From the NCBI GenBank assembly GCA_043228905.1, contig JBHGNT010000009.1:12276001-12340000 (forward strand): a DNA stretch of 64,000 nucleotides, read 5' to 3'. Below, piece after piece: positions 37,524 through 49,200 of the stretch. Every line of letters begins with the position of its first letter. The stretch's first letter is position 1. Under the pieces are notes generated by a model, which saw nothing but the letters and a program-made list of their open reading frames with translations, searched no databases and was not told where the DNA came from. Made by a program: the position numbers and the translations under genes. The stretch is from Azolla caroliniana. Taxonomy: Eukaryota; Plantae; Polypodiophyta.

Positions 37524-38501
37524 ATGCAACAACAGGAAGGCAACGACACAAGCATGCAACCTGAATTCGGCGAACATACGTCGATGCATACAACCATGGA
37601 GCAAATGTTCCAAGCAATGTCTACAATGATGATTCAGGTAAATCACACAAACCAAGCACTCATGACATGGCTCACCTCTCAATCTCAATCTACAGGAACA
37701 ATGAATGATCAGAAAAAAGATTCCCGAATACATCCAAGATCATTCTCGGGCCTCCCCACAGAGGATGTCCTAGCTTGGCTAGATCATTTTGACCTTGTCG
37801 CAGGTTATCACGATTGGAATGATCAAAGAAAGGCATTGGAGCTGCGGACAGTATTAGAGCATGTCGCCGCCACATGGTTCATACAACAACCGGAGGAGAT
37901 CAAGAATGATTGGCCCTATTTGTGGGAGCAGCTCATACAACATTTCGCCAACAACGACGTGACGCAATCCGCACTACAACAACTGAATAGTCTCCGTCAG
38001 CAACCCAATGAGCCGGTGGCACAATTCGCCGTAAAGCTAAAGCAACTACTACTTCGAGTCGACCCCAACATGAAGGAGACCATGAAGTTGTACTTCCTAC
38101 TACCACGGCTGCGACATGATCTTTATCGGCGCGTTCGAGATCAAGGACCGACATCATTTCATATGGCAATCCAAATCGCTCAACGGATTGAGGCACCCGA
38201 TTACATAGAGTTACCGCCATCCACACAACCCCCGAGCAATAATCATCAGAAACAACCAGATAATTCCTCGGTTTCACCAATGGACATCGACGTACAAAAC
38301 GTACAGTTCAGTAGGAAAAATAGCTTACCTGATCGTGATTCTAATGGCAAGCCGCGTTGTTTTTACTGTAATTCATATGGCCATGTTAAGAAACATTGCA
38401 GAAAATTGGCGGCATCTAAACATCATCAGAATACTCAAGTCCAATTGGCTGATTTGACGTCACTTGCCGAGGTACAGGGAAACCACCAAGCGGGAAACTG
38501 A
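37524..38501 (+). CDS. gag: Gag (capsid plus CCHC knuckle)
   Basis: Uninterrupted ORF from the first ATG at 37524; PMDID; CFYCNSYGHVKKHC. Confidence 0.93.
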   Translation: MQQQEGNDTSMQPEFGEHTSMHTTMEQMFQAMSTMMIQVNHTNQALMTWLTSQSQSTGTMNDQKKDSRIHPRSFSGLPTEDVLAWLDHFDLVAGYHDWNDQRKALELRTVLEHVAATWFIQQPEEIKNDWPYLWEQLIQHFANNDVTQSALQQLNSLRQQPNEPVAQFAVKLKQLLLRVDPNMKETMKLYFLLPRLRHDLYRRVRDQGPTSFHMAIQIAQRIEAPDYIELPPSTQPPSNNHQKQPDNSSVSPMDIDVQNVQFSRKNSLPDRDSNGKPRCFYCNSYGHVKKHCRKLAASKHHQNTQVQLADLTSLAEVQGNHQAGN

Positions 38502-41500
38502 TGGAGGAGCAGCTACCGCACATTCAAGTCGCAACCTCCTCCAAACGACTGGTATGTTCCACATTAGCACGGATAGATAACACATCACAGGAGGCTCTCT
38601 TAGATTCAGGAAGCACAATCTCCTCTATTAGCATAGATTTAGTCAATTCATTAAACTTACCCACATCCCCAGCAGCACAAATACAAGTAGTTTTTGGCGA
38701 TAAACAACAAACCTACCGATCATCTACACAAGCACATTGTACTTTCTTTTTAGCACAACATAAGTTCCTACATTCCTTTTATGTATTACCACGCCAATTA
38801 TTTCCCATGACATTAGGATGCGATTGGTTTATCAAAACTGGAGCGCAACTACATTTTGATACTCAATCGCTAGTTTTGCCATCCCTTAAGCCGTTCACCA
38901 CGATTCCCTTGTTTAGCTCACCACAACTTAGCAACCACATAATGCATACACAAGTTCATCTAGAATCAACCACGGTACGTACTGCCGACATCCGCCGACT
39001 CTTGCGGGAATTCCCGACATTATTTCGCAAGACAGCGACCACGACGCAAATCAATTTGCCTGTCCAACATACAATCCCGACAGCCACAGGACAACCAGTT
39101 CGGATGGCTGCCAGACGACGCTCTCCCTTGGATAATCAAAGGATCAATCAAGCAGTAAGAGACATGCTGGACAAGGATATTATAGAGCCATCGAGTAGTG
39201 ATTGGGTCTCGGAGCCGCGTTTGGTGCGCAAGGACGATGGCACTTTTCGTTTTTGCATTGATTTCCGTCCTTTAAATAAGATTACCAAGCACGACCTATA
39301 CCCGCTGCCACGCATAGATGATCTATTGGATCAAGTCGGGAAGTCCAAATACTTCACATCATTAGACCTCACATCAGGCTATTGGCAAATCCCATTAAGC
39401 CCTCAAGACAAACACAAAACCGCTTTTAGGACGCAACAGGGTTTATTTCAGTTTAAAAGAATGCCTTTCGGCCTATCTGATGCGGGGAGCACTTTTCAGA
39501 GGATGGCGAATTCAATATTTCATGACTTGATCCAAGAAGGAGTGGTACTAGTATATCTAGACGATATTCTGATTCATACACCAGAATGGGAACAACACAT
39601 CCACATTCTGCGGGAGGTTCTACACAGGATACAAAAATACAACCTACAACTCCAATGGAAGAAGTGCCAGTGGGGCGCTGCTACATTAAAATTCTTAGGT
39701 TTCATCATATCCGCCACAGGGATCAGCATGGACCCGGCCAAGATCAAAGCAATTACCAATTATCCGCCGCCAACAAATGTCAAGTCGCTCCAAAGCTTCT
39801 TAGGTCTTGTCAACTTCTCCCTCCGGTTTGTCCCACAACTCGCAACCATCACGCAACCATTACGCCTCTTATTGAAGAAGAACACACCATTCTCTTGGTC
39901 CAAGGCTTGCATAGAAAGTTTTCGACAAATCAAGAGAATTATTCAAGAGGCCACCCAATTAGCATTCCCAGATTTCAGCAAGGCATTTCGCCTACAAACG
40001 GACGCATCAAATTCAGGAATTGGTGCTGTTTTACTACAGCAGGATCACTCTGATGATTGGCGACCAATCACCTACATTAGTCGAGCTCTCACAAAGGCCA
40101 AACTGAACTATTCAACTACAGAAAAGGAATTCTTGGCAGTAGTTTGGGCTTTCCAAAAATTTCACCCATATTTGCATGGGACCACAGTTCAGGTCGAAAC
40201 AGACCATCAACCCTTAGTATCATTGATACACAAGAGCCATCCTCCGGGTCGTCTGTTGCGCTGGGCATTAGCATTACAAGAATACAGATTCACCATGACC
40301 TACAGACGTGGCATCACTAATATAGTAGCTGATTCACTATCTCGCATAGAGCATCAGGCATCCCAGATCAATGAGCAAACCGAGTTACCAATCCATCCAC
40401 ATCAAGTAGCTCAGTTTCAGCAGCAAGATCCGATGATTAGAGATATTATCTTGCGTCTTCAGTGTGGACGGGATCAACAGGTCAATCGTAACTTCATCAT
40501 CATCAATAACATATTACACTTTGTCAGTCAAGGACAACCCCCACGACTTTATGTCCCAGAAGCGCTACGTTCAACATATTTGGAGTTCTATCACAGCAAC
40601 CAACTAACCGGACACTTTGGTTTTCATAAATTATTACACCGTATCAGATCTTTATTCTATTGGCCCAAACTTCGCCATTCAATCTCTCGATTTCTACAAG
40701 CATGCCCAACATGCCAATCAATGAAATCACCACAACAAGCATCTGGCATTCTACAACCTATCACAGTCAAGGAACCCTTTGAATTACTGGGCTGGGATCT
40801 AATGGGTCCCTTTCCAACTTCAGTAAATGGTAATAAGTACATTTTGGTCATAACAGAATATCTCACACGTTGGTGTGAAGCAGCCGCATTACCAGATGCC
40901 ACAGCCCATTCTGTGGCTCAAGCATTGCTTCATAAAGTAATCTTCCCTCATGGCTGCCCTCAACAACTTCTATCGGATCAGGGATCACAATTTCGCAGCG
41001 AGGTACTTCAAGTGCTCAGCCATAGCTTGGGAATTAAGCAAGTGTTTACATCACCCTATCATCCACAAACAAATGGCTTGACGGAGCGCATGAATAAGAC
41101 AATCAAACAAGTTATTTCCGCATATGTGGATCCATTGCATCAGTCGTGGGATCAGGTTTTGCCCTTCGCCGTTCACGCATACAACACCTCGGTCCAAACA
41201 TCCACCAAAATCAGCCCTTTTCGAGCTTTGTACGGCCGTGACCCGCGCCTCCCACCGGATATCCATAACGTGAAAGTGCAACCCCAAAGGAATGACGCAA
41301 CTGAATGGTGGCTTCATCTCCAACTCCATCAACCACTGCTTCGACGCGCGCTCCAACACAATTTACGTATGGCACAACAAAGACAAAAGAAATACTATGA
41401 CGCATCCCATTTGCCGATGGAGCTACAGATAGGAGAGAATGTCAGAGTTTATTATCCTATCCGCAAGCCCGGACTCTGTGAATCCCTCATGCACCGTTGG

Positions 41501-41659
41501 ATCGGGCCATACATAGTCATAGCGCGCATTGGCACACAAACGTATCGTTTGCGGCGGACAACCAATTCATCCGAAACAGTCGCTCACATCAGTCGGATCA
41601 AGCGCATACCATCAATCAATGTTCCCTCATCTGACCATAATTCGAAGGCATCCTCATAG
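38501..41659 (+). CDS. pol: Pol (PR-RT-RNase H-integrase) in the -1 frame relative to gag
   Basis: 1052 aa open. LLDSGS, YLDD, TDASNSGIG/EKEFLA/TDH, HHCC, DDE (WDLMGP, SDQG, TERMN), WIGPY. Confidence 0.96.
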   Translation: MEEQLPHIQVATSSKRLVCSTLARIDNTSQEALLDSGSTISSISIDLVNSLNLPTSPAAQIQVVFGDKQQTYRSSTQAHCTFFLAQHKFLHSFYVLPRQLFPMTLGCDWFIKTGAQLHFDTQSLVLPSLKPFTTIPLFSSPQLSNHIMHTQVHLESTTVRTADIRRLLREFPTLFRKTATTTQINLPVQHTIPTATGQPVRMAARRRSPLDNQRINQAVRDMLDKDIIEPSSSDWVSEPRLVRKDDGTFRFCIDFRPLNKITKHDLYPLPRIDDLLDQVGKSKYFTSLDLTSGYWQIPLSPQDKHKTAFRTQQGLFQFKRMPFGLSDAGSTFQRMANSIFHDLIQEGVVLVYLDDILIHTPEWEQHIHILREVLHRIQKYNLQLQWKKCQWGAATLKFLGFIISATGISMDPAKIKAITNYPPPTNVKSLQSFLGLVNFSLRFVPQLATITQPLRLLLKKNTPFSWSKACIESFRQIKRIIQEATQLAFPDFSKAFRLQTDASNSGIGAVLLQQDHSDDWRPITYISRALTKAKLNYSTTEKEFLAVVWAFQKFHPYLHGTTVQVETDHQPLVSLIHKSHPPGRLLRWALALQEYRFTMTYRRGITNIVADSLSRIEHQASQINEQTELPIHPHQVAQFQQQDPMIRDIILRLQCGRDQQVNRNFIIINNILHFVSQGQPPRLYVPEALRSTYLEFYHSNQLTGHFGFHKLLHRIRSLFYWPKLRHSISRFLQACPTCQSMKSPQQASGILQPITVKEPFELLGWDLMGPFPTSVNGNKYILVITEYLTRWCEAAALPDATAHSVAQALLHKVIFPHGCPQQLLSDQGSQFRSEVLQVLSHSLGIKQVFTSPYHPQTNGLTERMNKTIKQVISAYVDPLHQSWDQVLPFAVHAYNTSVQTSTKISPFRALYGRDPRLPPDIHNVKVQPQRNDATEWWLHLQLHQPLLRRALQHNLRMAQQRQKKYYDASHLPMELQIGENVRVYYPIRKPGLCESLMHRWIGPYIVIARIGTQTYRLRRTTNSSETVAHISRIKRIPSINVPSSDHNSKASS

Positions 41660-41899
41660 AAAAAATGTAGCAACATCGTCCACCCTTCTTATTCAAAAGG
41701 GGGAGGTGTCATATATGTATGACGTGGCAATTCTTGAACCAAACTGATAGTTTGCCAAGATTGATAAAACGGTTAAAGAATGAAACGGATGTAATAGAAT
41801 ACTATAAATAGAAGTACAAACCTGAGGCTAAGGACAGGCTATTTTGGGGAGAAACAATTCTGTGTATTTTACAATATATTTCGACAACAACTCATTTTA

Positions 41900-42450
41900 A
41901 ATGCCCTTACATAAAAAACACATGTATGTTCAATATATGTGTGTATGTATATATTGTATTATATTGCATGTGTTGTATATATTTTATGTATGGGTTATGT
42001 GTATGCATGTTCACATGTATGTATTGTATTGCATGTGGATGTACATATGTAGTGTATTGTATTCCATGTTTATATATGCATGTATTGTACTGTATTGCAT
42101 GTGTTGTATATATTTTATGTATATGGCATGTGTGTATGTATCTATGTGTTATATGTGCATGTGTGTGCATGTAAGTGTAATGATATATGTGTGTGTGTAT
42201 ATGTACGTATGTTTGTGTATGTGTGTGCATGTGTTCTATATATGTGCATGCGTGAACGTGTTTTATACATGTCACTACAACAAAATAAGCTAGTAGTGAT
42301 GCCAAAACACATTGCTATTGGCATTGCGTATATACCATCATTGTGCAACTATACTTTTTTTAATAATTTTTTCTCCTCTTTATTTCTTTTAAAAAAAATG
42401 TGTTTGTATGTATCGATGTATATATGTTTGTTTGCATGTATGTTGATGTG
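41900..42450. repeat. Degenerate (TG/TA)n low-complexity tract
   Basis: Alternating tatgtgtgtatg runs. Confidence 0.85.
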
Positions 42451-44238
42451 GAACATATGTGTCTTCAAACCATCTTCGACAAAGGATCGCCATCTAATCA
42501 GTAAGCATGAAAGGTTGTCTTCATTCCATGCCATCTTCTCTGACATGCCTATGTAACAATGCATATATTGTAGCTTCATGGAAGTGAAATATAATATATC
42601 TAAAAGAGCATATATATAACAAGAATACTATGCTATGAGATGTTCAAGAATCATTCACAACATTCAACTTGAGCAAGAACTTAAATGGATAAAAAATGTT
42701 GCAATGCTAGAACAAACACACACTGAGTTTTTCGTTGAACATTTGAGTCCCTAAGTTGTTACAATGCAATCACTCACACATGTCAACACTTTTAATCTAT
42801 AAAACATATTCTCTTCCACAACCATAGCCATTAATCTCTTTGCAGCAAAAACAAAGTAATTAGGCTCGGGAACCCACAAAGCTTTACATCAAGAACATTT
42901 AATTTGAAATTTGCAAGAAAAGTAGTGTTGGGTTATCATCAATGTAATTTATATGAACAAGCTTCATGTACATGGCCTTTATCATAGTCCTGATCAAATT
43001 GGACATTTGCAAACCCACCCACAAAAAACACGTTTTTTTACTTCTTCTTTGTCGAGCACCATCATTCAATAAGTTGAAAACCTATACAGTAACAATAAGA
43101 AACCAAAGGTTAATATGTTGTGCAAATGAAATAACATAATGAAAATGATAGTTGCAAACAAAAGATGTAGAGTAATCAAGAAGCACGAAGGAAATTGGTA
43201 AATTCATAGTTTTTTCCGTATTTTCATAGTTTCTTTTTTTAGTTCAGAAATATCATTATTTGCACTACAAATGAACATAAAAATGGTTTAATATTACAGT
43301 TTATGAGTATCAGGTTCATAAATTGGTTCTATCCGTTACTTAGAAATCAACGTGTTCCTCTAACACAGATTGTTGCAAGCTCTCTTGTACCACTAGGCAC
43401 AGAGAATGAAGTTCCATTACAAGTGGAAGTGCTAATGCCACCATCAGGTTCCATTATAGCTCAGGGCCAGGTTGTTTATTCCTTTATTCCATTGGTGTCA
43501 AATCGCATCATGGCTGCCAATTTCTACTTGGACAATCATTTGATACCACAAATTTCATCTTTAATATAGATTGCCTTTACTTGTATGGAATCACAAGAGG
43601 CACAAAATGAGGTTTTATTAGACACGGAAGTGTGCATGTCACCAGTACCTTCCATAATTACAGATCAGCACCAGCTTCTTTGATCTCTTCCTTTCGTTAG
43701 AAATAGATTACGTTCTGTCAACACTTTCTAATTGAAATTTTGTAGCAGATTGCCTCTACCAGTCATGTTGAACCTCCTCTAAACACACAGACTATTCATC
43801 AACTTTCCTTAGAGGATTCATTCATTCAACTATTACGTTGTATAGACACACAATATGAGGTTTCCGGTCTCTTCAACTCATTGGTATAGTTTAAACTCTA
43901 TCTAATCTTTGCATTTGATTACATTTTGTTGAGCGGCAAGCTCAACCGGATCCAGATCGGCTAAATAAGCCTGAGCCAGATTGGCATCCAGAAGGATGAG
44001 CCGGATCAGTGAGCCGGTGAGCTGGGGAGCCGGTTAGCCGAATCCAACAGTAACCGGAAGCCTAGTAGCAGCCTAGACTACTAGGTAGTTAATGACTCAT
44101 AATTAGTGTCAGACGCTCGTGTGAGCATTGAAGTACACCGTACTTCTGTCAGTCCTCTTAGGACTTGTATAAATAGTGTTGTTGAAGCATGTTGTATACA
44201 CAGAGAACTATTATTGTTTTGTAATAGATTTTTAACGT

Positions 44239-44887
44239 TGTTGAGGTATTCCTCACGGATGCGTGGAATGAGGCGGGGCCTCAGGGGTCTTGTACCGAAG
44301 AGCAAGAGACAAAGGAGAAGGGAAGGGACCCACTATGTGTGGGCGTAGATTCACAGGGACACGACCCTTCGACACAAAGACGCGAGTGGGACACTGACGC
44401 AAAGAGACACGAATGTATGTATATATATATTAACAAGGACAAACAACAAGAAGCACGAAGTTGGTTACAACCGAACAGGCCGGCGAACAGATGCCGATGC
44501 TTGTTCGTAAACGCTTAGAAAGAAAGGAGTAGGTTGGAGGTGCTGCCGGAAGCACTCGGGCATTCCTCAGAGCAGCGCGAGCCTCCCGAAAACCTGCACA
44601 GGAAGAAGCTACGGAGTATGGAAGAGAGAGAAGCCTTCGGCCGACAACCCGACAACCCTTCGTCTTCTCTAACCGCGATCCCCCTTTTTCCTCCTCCCCG
44701 TCTCCCTCCTTTTATAGGCAAGAAAGGAGTCGTTTCCCATTAACTTCCTACCTACCGAATCTACCTACCTAGGATCTTCTATGTACCTAATTCTCTCTTA
44801 TGTACTACATAAGGCGTACGTGCCTGAAGAGCCGGTTCCTACGCTCCGGTGCACCGATTCCGCTTGTGGACGGTTTTCTTCACGACA
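44239..44887 (-). repeat. Solo LTR, Gypsy family B, TSD ACGT
   Basis: Reverse complement of the 53155-53765 type; ACGT at 44235-44238 and 44888-44891. Confidence 0.92.
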
Positions 44888-44891
44888 ACGT

Positions 44892-45484
44892 TGTCGTAGT
44901 GTGAATCACACACTACGTGAAATATGTAAAACACTATATCCGATTTAGAGTACGTATAATAAATAAAAATAAAATGTTAAAAATATTTATAACATGCATA
45001 GGGCAGGATTCGAACCCTATACCTCCACGTAGACAAACCCCAGCCTTACCACTATACTAGCATACTATGAATTTTAAAGTTATACTAAAAGCCTTTATCC
45101 CATGTAAATATTCTAGATATGCATGGTACAAAAAGTTATTCATGCATACACACTCGAGTTAAAAGAAAAGATGGGATAGAAAGCTAATCATGCACATGTA
45201 GTGTGCATGAAAACTAAAGCTAGGAAAAGCATGATGCTTGCATGTGATAAACTTAGACTCTTGGAACACTATAAGGAAGAGAAAAAGATGTATAAGGGTG
45301 TGGGTTTTTTTTTTTTGAGAAGGATTGATTAATACAAAATATTCGTGGGATTCACGAGTTTCAAATCTTCTTCTGACAATCTCTTCTTAACTAACATTAA
45401 CTCATATTCCTCTTTCTCCTAGTCCAAAATCCCAGAGGTTCCCACCCGACTCACGCAAACGATCCGACGCCAAAAGGCACGACA
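44892..45484 (+). repeat. Solo LTR, Gypsy family A (second subfamily), TSD ACGT
   Basis: TGTCGT...ACGACA; ACGT at 44888-44891 and 45485-45488; matches 52530-53123. Confidence 0.92.
45006..45059 (-). promoter_or_regulatory. tRNA-type Pol III A/B-box cassette (also at 46386-46439 and 52644-52697)
   Basis: Minus strand reads TAGTATAGTGGTAAGGCTGGGGTTTGTCTACGTGGAGGTATAGGGTTCGAATCC, followed about 20 nt later by TTTTT. Confidence 0.72.
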
Positions 45485-46275
45485 ACGTTTTGCTTATTCT
45501 CTGTCTCTCCCGAGTACACTCTGTGTTTCTTTGTCTCTCTATGTTTGTTGCTATCCGGATGAGCCGGTTTGTCTAACGCTTACGCACCTTCATTTTTACA
45601 TGGTATCAGAGCACGAGGGTTTGAGAACCTCTGCAGCTGACATCAGCATCTGAAGACAAACCCTAAGACCCGGTAAGAATAGGAAGAGAAGTGATGGATA
45701 GAAGAATGGCTAGCTCGCTCCCGATGGAGAAGCTCGACAGATCCAACTACGCATCTTGCTCATACAAGATGCACCAGTATTGCTTGGGCATGGTTATTGG
45801 AGCTATGTTGATGGAGCTAACGACACAACACCTGATGCGACACACAAGGACTTCCCAGTGTAGGAACAAGCGGCAAGCAGAGTGATGTACTACTTTGCGA
45901 CCAGTGTCGGAGACCAACTATTGAGCCATGTCTGAGATGCCAAGATGCCAAAAGAAGCTTGGGGAAACCTGAAGAAGGTTTTCGTGGCAAGCACTACGGC
46001 TCGGAAGTTGCAACTCCGATAGGAGCTAAGCAATGTCTGACAGAAGGACATGTCGGTAGCTGATTACACGACCCGAATCAAAGAGATCTGTGACTCACTT
46101 GCCTCTATCAACGTCATTGTAGAGGAAGATGAGATGGTTCAGATCTGTCTTGGGGGCCTAGCGTCTAAGTTCAGAGCGTTCCAAATGGCGGTATGTACAA
46201 GGGAGAATACACCGTCAGTTTTCGACTTACAGTCGATGCTCCTTGTAGGGGAGAACCACGTCGGTGCATCAACAA

Positions 46276-49200
46276 GTAGTGTGAATCACACACTACGTGA
46301 AATATGTAAAACACTATATCCGATTTAGAGTACGTATAATAAATAAAAATAAAATGTTAAAAATATTTATAACGTGCATAGGGCAAGATTCGAACACTCT
46401 ACCTCCACGTAGACAAACCCCAGCCTTACCACTATACTAGCATACTATGAATTTTAAAGTTATACTAAAAGTCTTTATCCCATGTAAATATTCTAGATAT
46501 GCATGGTACAAAAAGTTATTCATGCATACACACTCGAGTTAAAAGAAAAGATGGGATAGAAAGCTAATCATGCACACTACATGTGCATGAAAACTAAATT
46601 TAGGAAAAGCATGATGCTTGCATGTGATAAACTTAGACTCTTCCAACACTATATAAGGAAGAGAAAAAGATGTATAGGGGTGTGGGTTTTTTTTTTTTTG
46701 AGAAGGATTGATTAATACAAAATATTCGTGTGATTCACGATTTTACCATCTAATTCTCTCTTACAATCTAATTACCCATTAATACATTATACTTGTGGGA
46801 TTCACGAGTTTCATATCTTCTTCTTACAATCTCTTCCTAACTAACATTAACTCATATTCTTCTTTCTCCTAGTCCAAAACCCCAGCGGTTCCCACCCGAC
46901 TCACGCAAACGATCCGACGCCGAAAGACACGACACAAGTGTTGAACCCGACGTGAAAACGGGTGGGTGGCAAGGAGATGGAAAATCAACCGGAGGCTAAC
47001 AACATGATGATGATGTTCGAGCGGATGCTTGAAGAACAACGTGTGATGTCAGAGATAGCGGCGGCAGTAGAGCGGCTCTTACAACGGATCGGGCAATTCA
47101 ACAGAAAAGACGTATCACGCTATCTTCGGGACTACAAGGCGGAAATGATACGATGCGGGATTTTGGAAGGACTGCTAGTGACATCCTTCAACCAAGTGGT
47201 TACCGACGGGCTTCAAGTAAATATCCACGGGCTATGACAACAAAATCCGACGTGGGAAGCGTTTGAAGAGGCACTAAAGACCACATTTGCTATCGAGGAC
47301 TCCTCCAAGGCAACACGAAGAGGATTCGAGGATTGGGTGGAAATGCCGGACAAGGGGATGAAGGTCCTCGATGTGTTTTCGGCATTCAAAAGTCGGTTCG
47401 GGAGGTTGTCTGCGAGAGATGAAGCTATCCTCGCACCGGTCAAAGTTATCATGTTCTTACGAGTCGTAGACATCCGGGACCGGAAGGATCTTGGAGTGCT
47501 TCTAGAGGACACGACTACCGAGAGTGGCATCACAGAAACATGGCTTGCCAACGAAGAAAAGAGGGTTTCGGAACCGAATCTGAAACCGAGATCCAGAACG
47601 GAAGACCATCAACCGCGGGCTCGGGAGACTACGACTGAGAAGGGAATCGACACAACCTCGGTGGAGTAATTGCTGAAGGAGATGGAGAATTTGAAAATTG
47701 CGATGGTGAAGAAGACGGAAGACCGTCCCACAAGTTCTAAGTACATGGACCTTCGATGCATATGCTGCGATAGCACCGAACATGATCGGAGAGATTGCGA
47801 CGAGCACAAGGAGGCGTTACGACGGGATCTTATCTACTACGAGGGAAATCAGATTCATTCAATGGATTCTCGGAAGCCACTCCGACCGAACTTCCGGAAA
47901 GGCGGCATGAAGAAGGTCCTAGAGGAGGAGATCGCGGTGAAAGACAATTATGCGACAACTACGAGAATACGTGTTGGGGAGTCATCTGCTGCAAAGGCGT
48001 CTTTTTGGCCGGAAGTGTTAGAAATTTCAAAGAAAGCCGACCATGATGAAATCCGAAGCGCCACGGAATGTATCCGGGAAGCTACAGGATGGGAGTGCCC
48101 TGTAGATAAGAATAGCGTACATGCTCTATGTCAATTGCATGACGTGTATGTAGATGAAAAACAACGGCGCACGGATGATGCGGCCAGACCATTAAAGACA
48201 CCGGAAAGCTAGAACTCCAGAGGGAAGGGAAAAGAAAAGACGATCCCGGCATTCAAGATCACCTCGGACATCGAACAACAAACAGACTTGAAAAAGGTGT
48301 TCGAAGAGAGAATCCTCGATAGCCGGGTAGAATTTTCGCTTCGGGAATTACTCGTAATAGCAAAGAAGGAGTTCCACGATCTTCTTGTGGATCTCATGAA
48401 GAGAAAAAGACAAAGTACACAAGAAAATGCTCCAAGGGTGAATGCAAATACCGTCTTAATGAATGACACCGATGTGGAGGACGAAATACCGAACTCCCAC
48501 TACACAAGGCCACACTGGGCACGTGCAACTACGGAGACTCCGGTCCAAATCGACAACATCAAAGAGCCCGTGCTAGCATGGATTGATCACGGATTGGAGA
48601 TCAATTTGATGTCCAAGGAGTTCTACCGGAAGGGGAAGTGGCTTATAAACACTAACCATGGATGGAAGATCTGGGCAGCCAGTAAAGCAACGGGAGATCT
48701 ATTTGCGGCTTGTCCAGATGTGACGATGAAGATCGGGGATGTCGAGATCTACCAAAATTCCGTGATCCTTGGGCAACCATTTATCATGGCATCACGAATG
48801 GAGACGAAGGTGCTTGATAGCGGTGCGGCTTTCGCACGAATTCGGAGCCAAAGCGGAGGGAAATCCGTTCAATTCCTAACTGTGCCGGCAAATCAAGAAA
48901 GGAACGAGAGAGAGCTCTTGACCCAAACAAGGATGGTTTTTTAGAGCGAACTGTTGCAGATTGGGGAAGTGATAGTCCAAGAAGCCCTGATACCCCACAC
49001 AGGAAGAAAACTCTCGGAGCAAAACAAGTACGAATCGGTCCGGATGGGGCATCCACGTACACGGCCATAACCGGAGGAATGAAGAAAGAATACCGAAAAG
49101 TGGAGGATAAGTTACGATCGGCGTCAATAATAAAAGAAGATGAAGAAATCATGGGAATAGTCGAAGAAGTGTCCTATGGGAGCACGCTACAACGGCTTGA

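Larger units (their letters stand above)
37210..41873 (+). mobile_element. Intact 4664-bp Ty3/Gypsy element with identical 167-bp LTRs
   Basis: LTRs 37210-37376 and 41707-41873; PBS TGGTGGAGACG at 37378-37388 (tRNA-Ala-like); PPT ~41695-41706; ATAT(AT) on both flanks. Confidence 0.97.
43927..46278 (+). mobile_element. Bryco-like 5' LTR (split by two solo LTRs), PBS and gag fragment
   Basis: TGTTGAG start; CA at 45600; PBS 45601-45612; MASSLPMEKLDRSNYAS gag with stops. Confidence 0.88.

Noticed and set aside
41901-42579. Cys/Tyr/His-rich ORFs
   Set aside because: These are translations of TG/TA low-complexity sequence.
44997-45066. Functional tRNA genes in the LTRs
   Set aside because: Acceptor, D and anticodon stems do not pair; only the A/B boxes and their spacing are retained.
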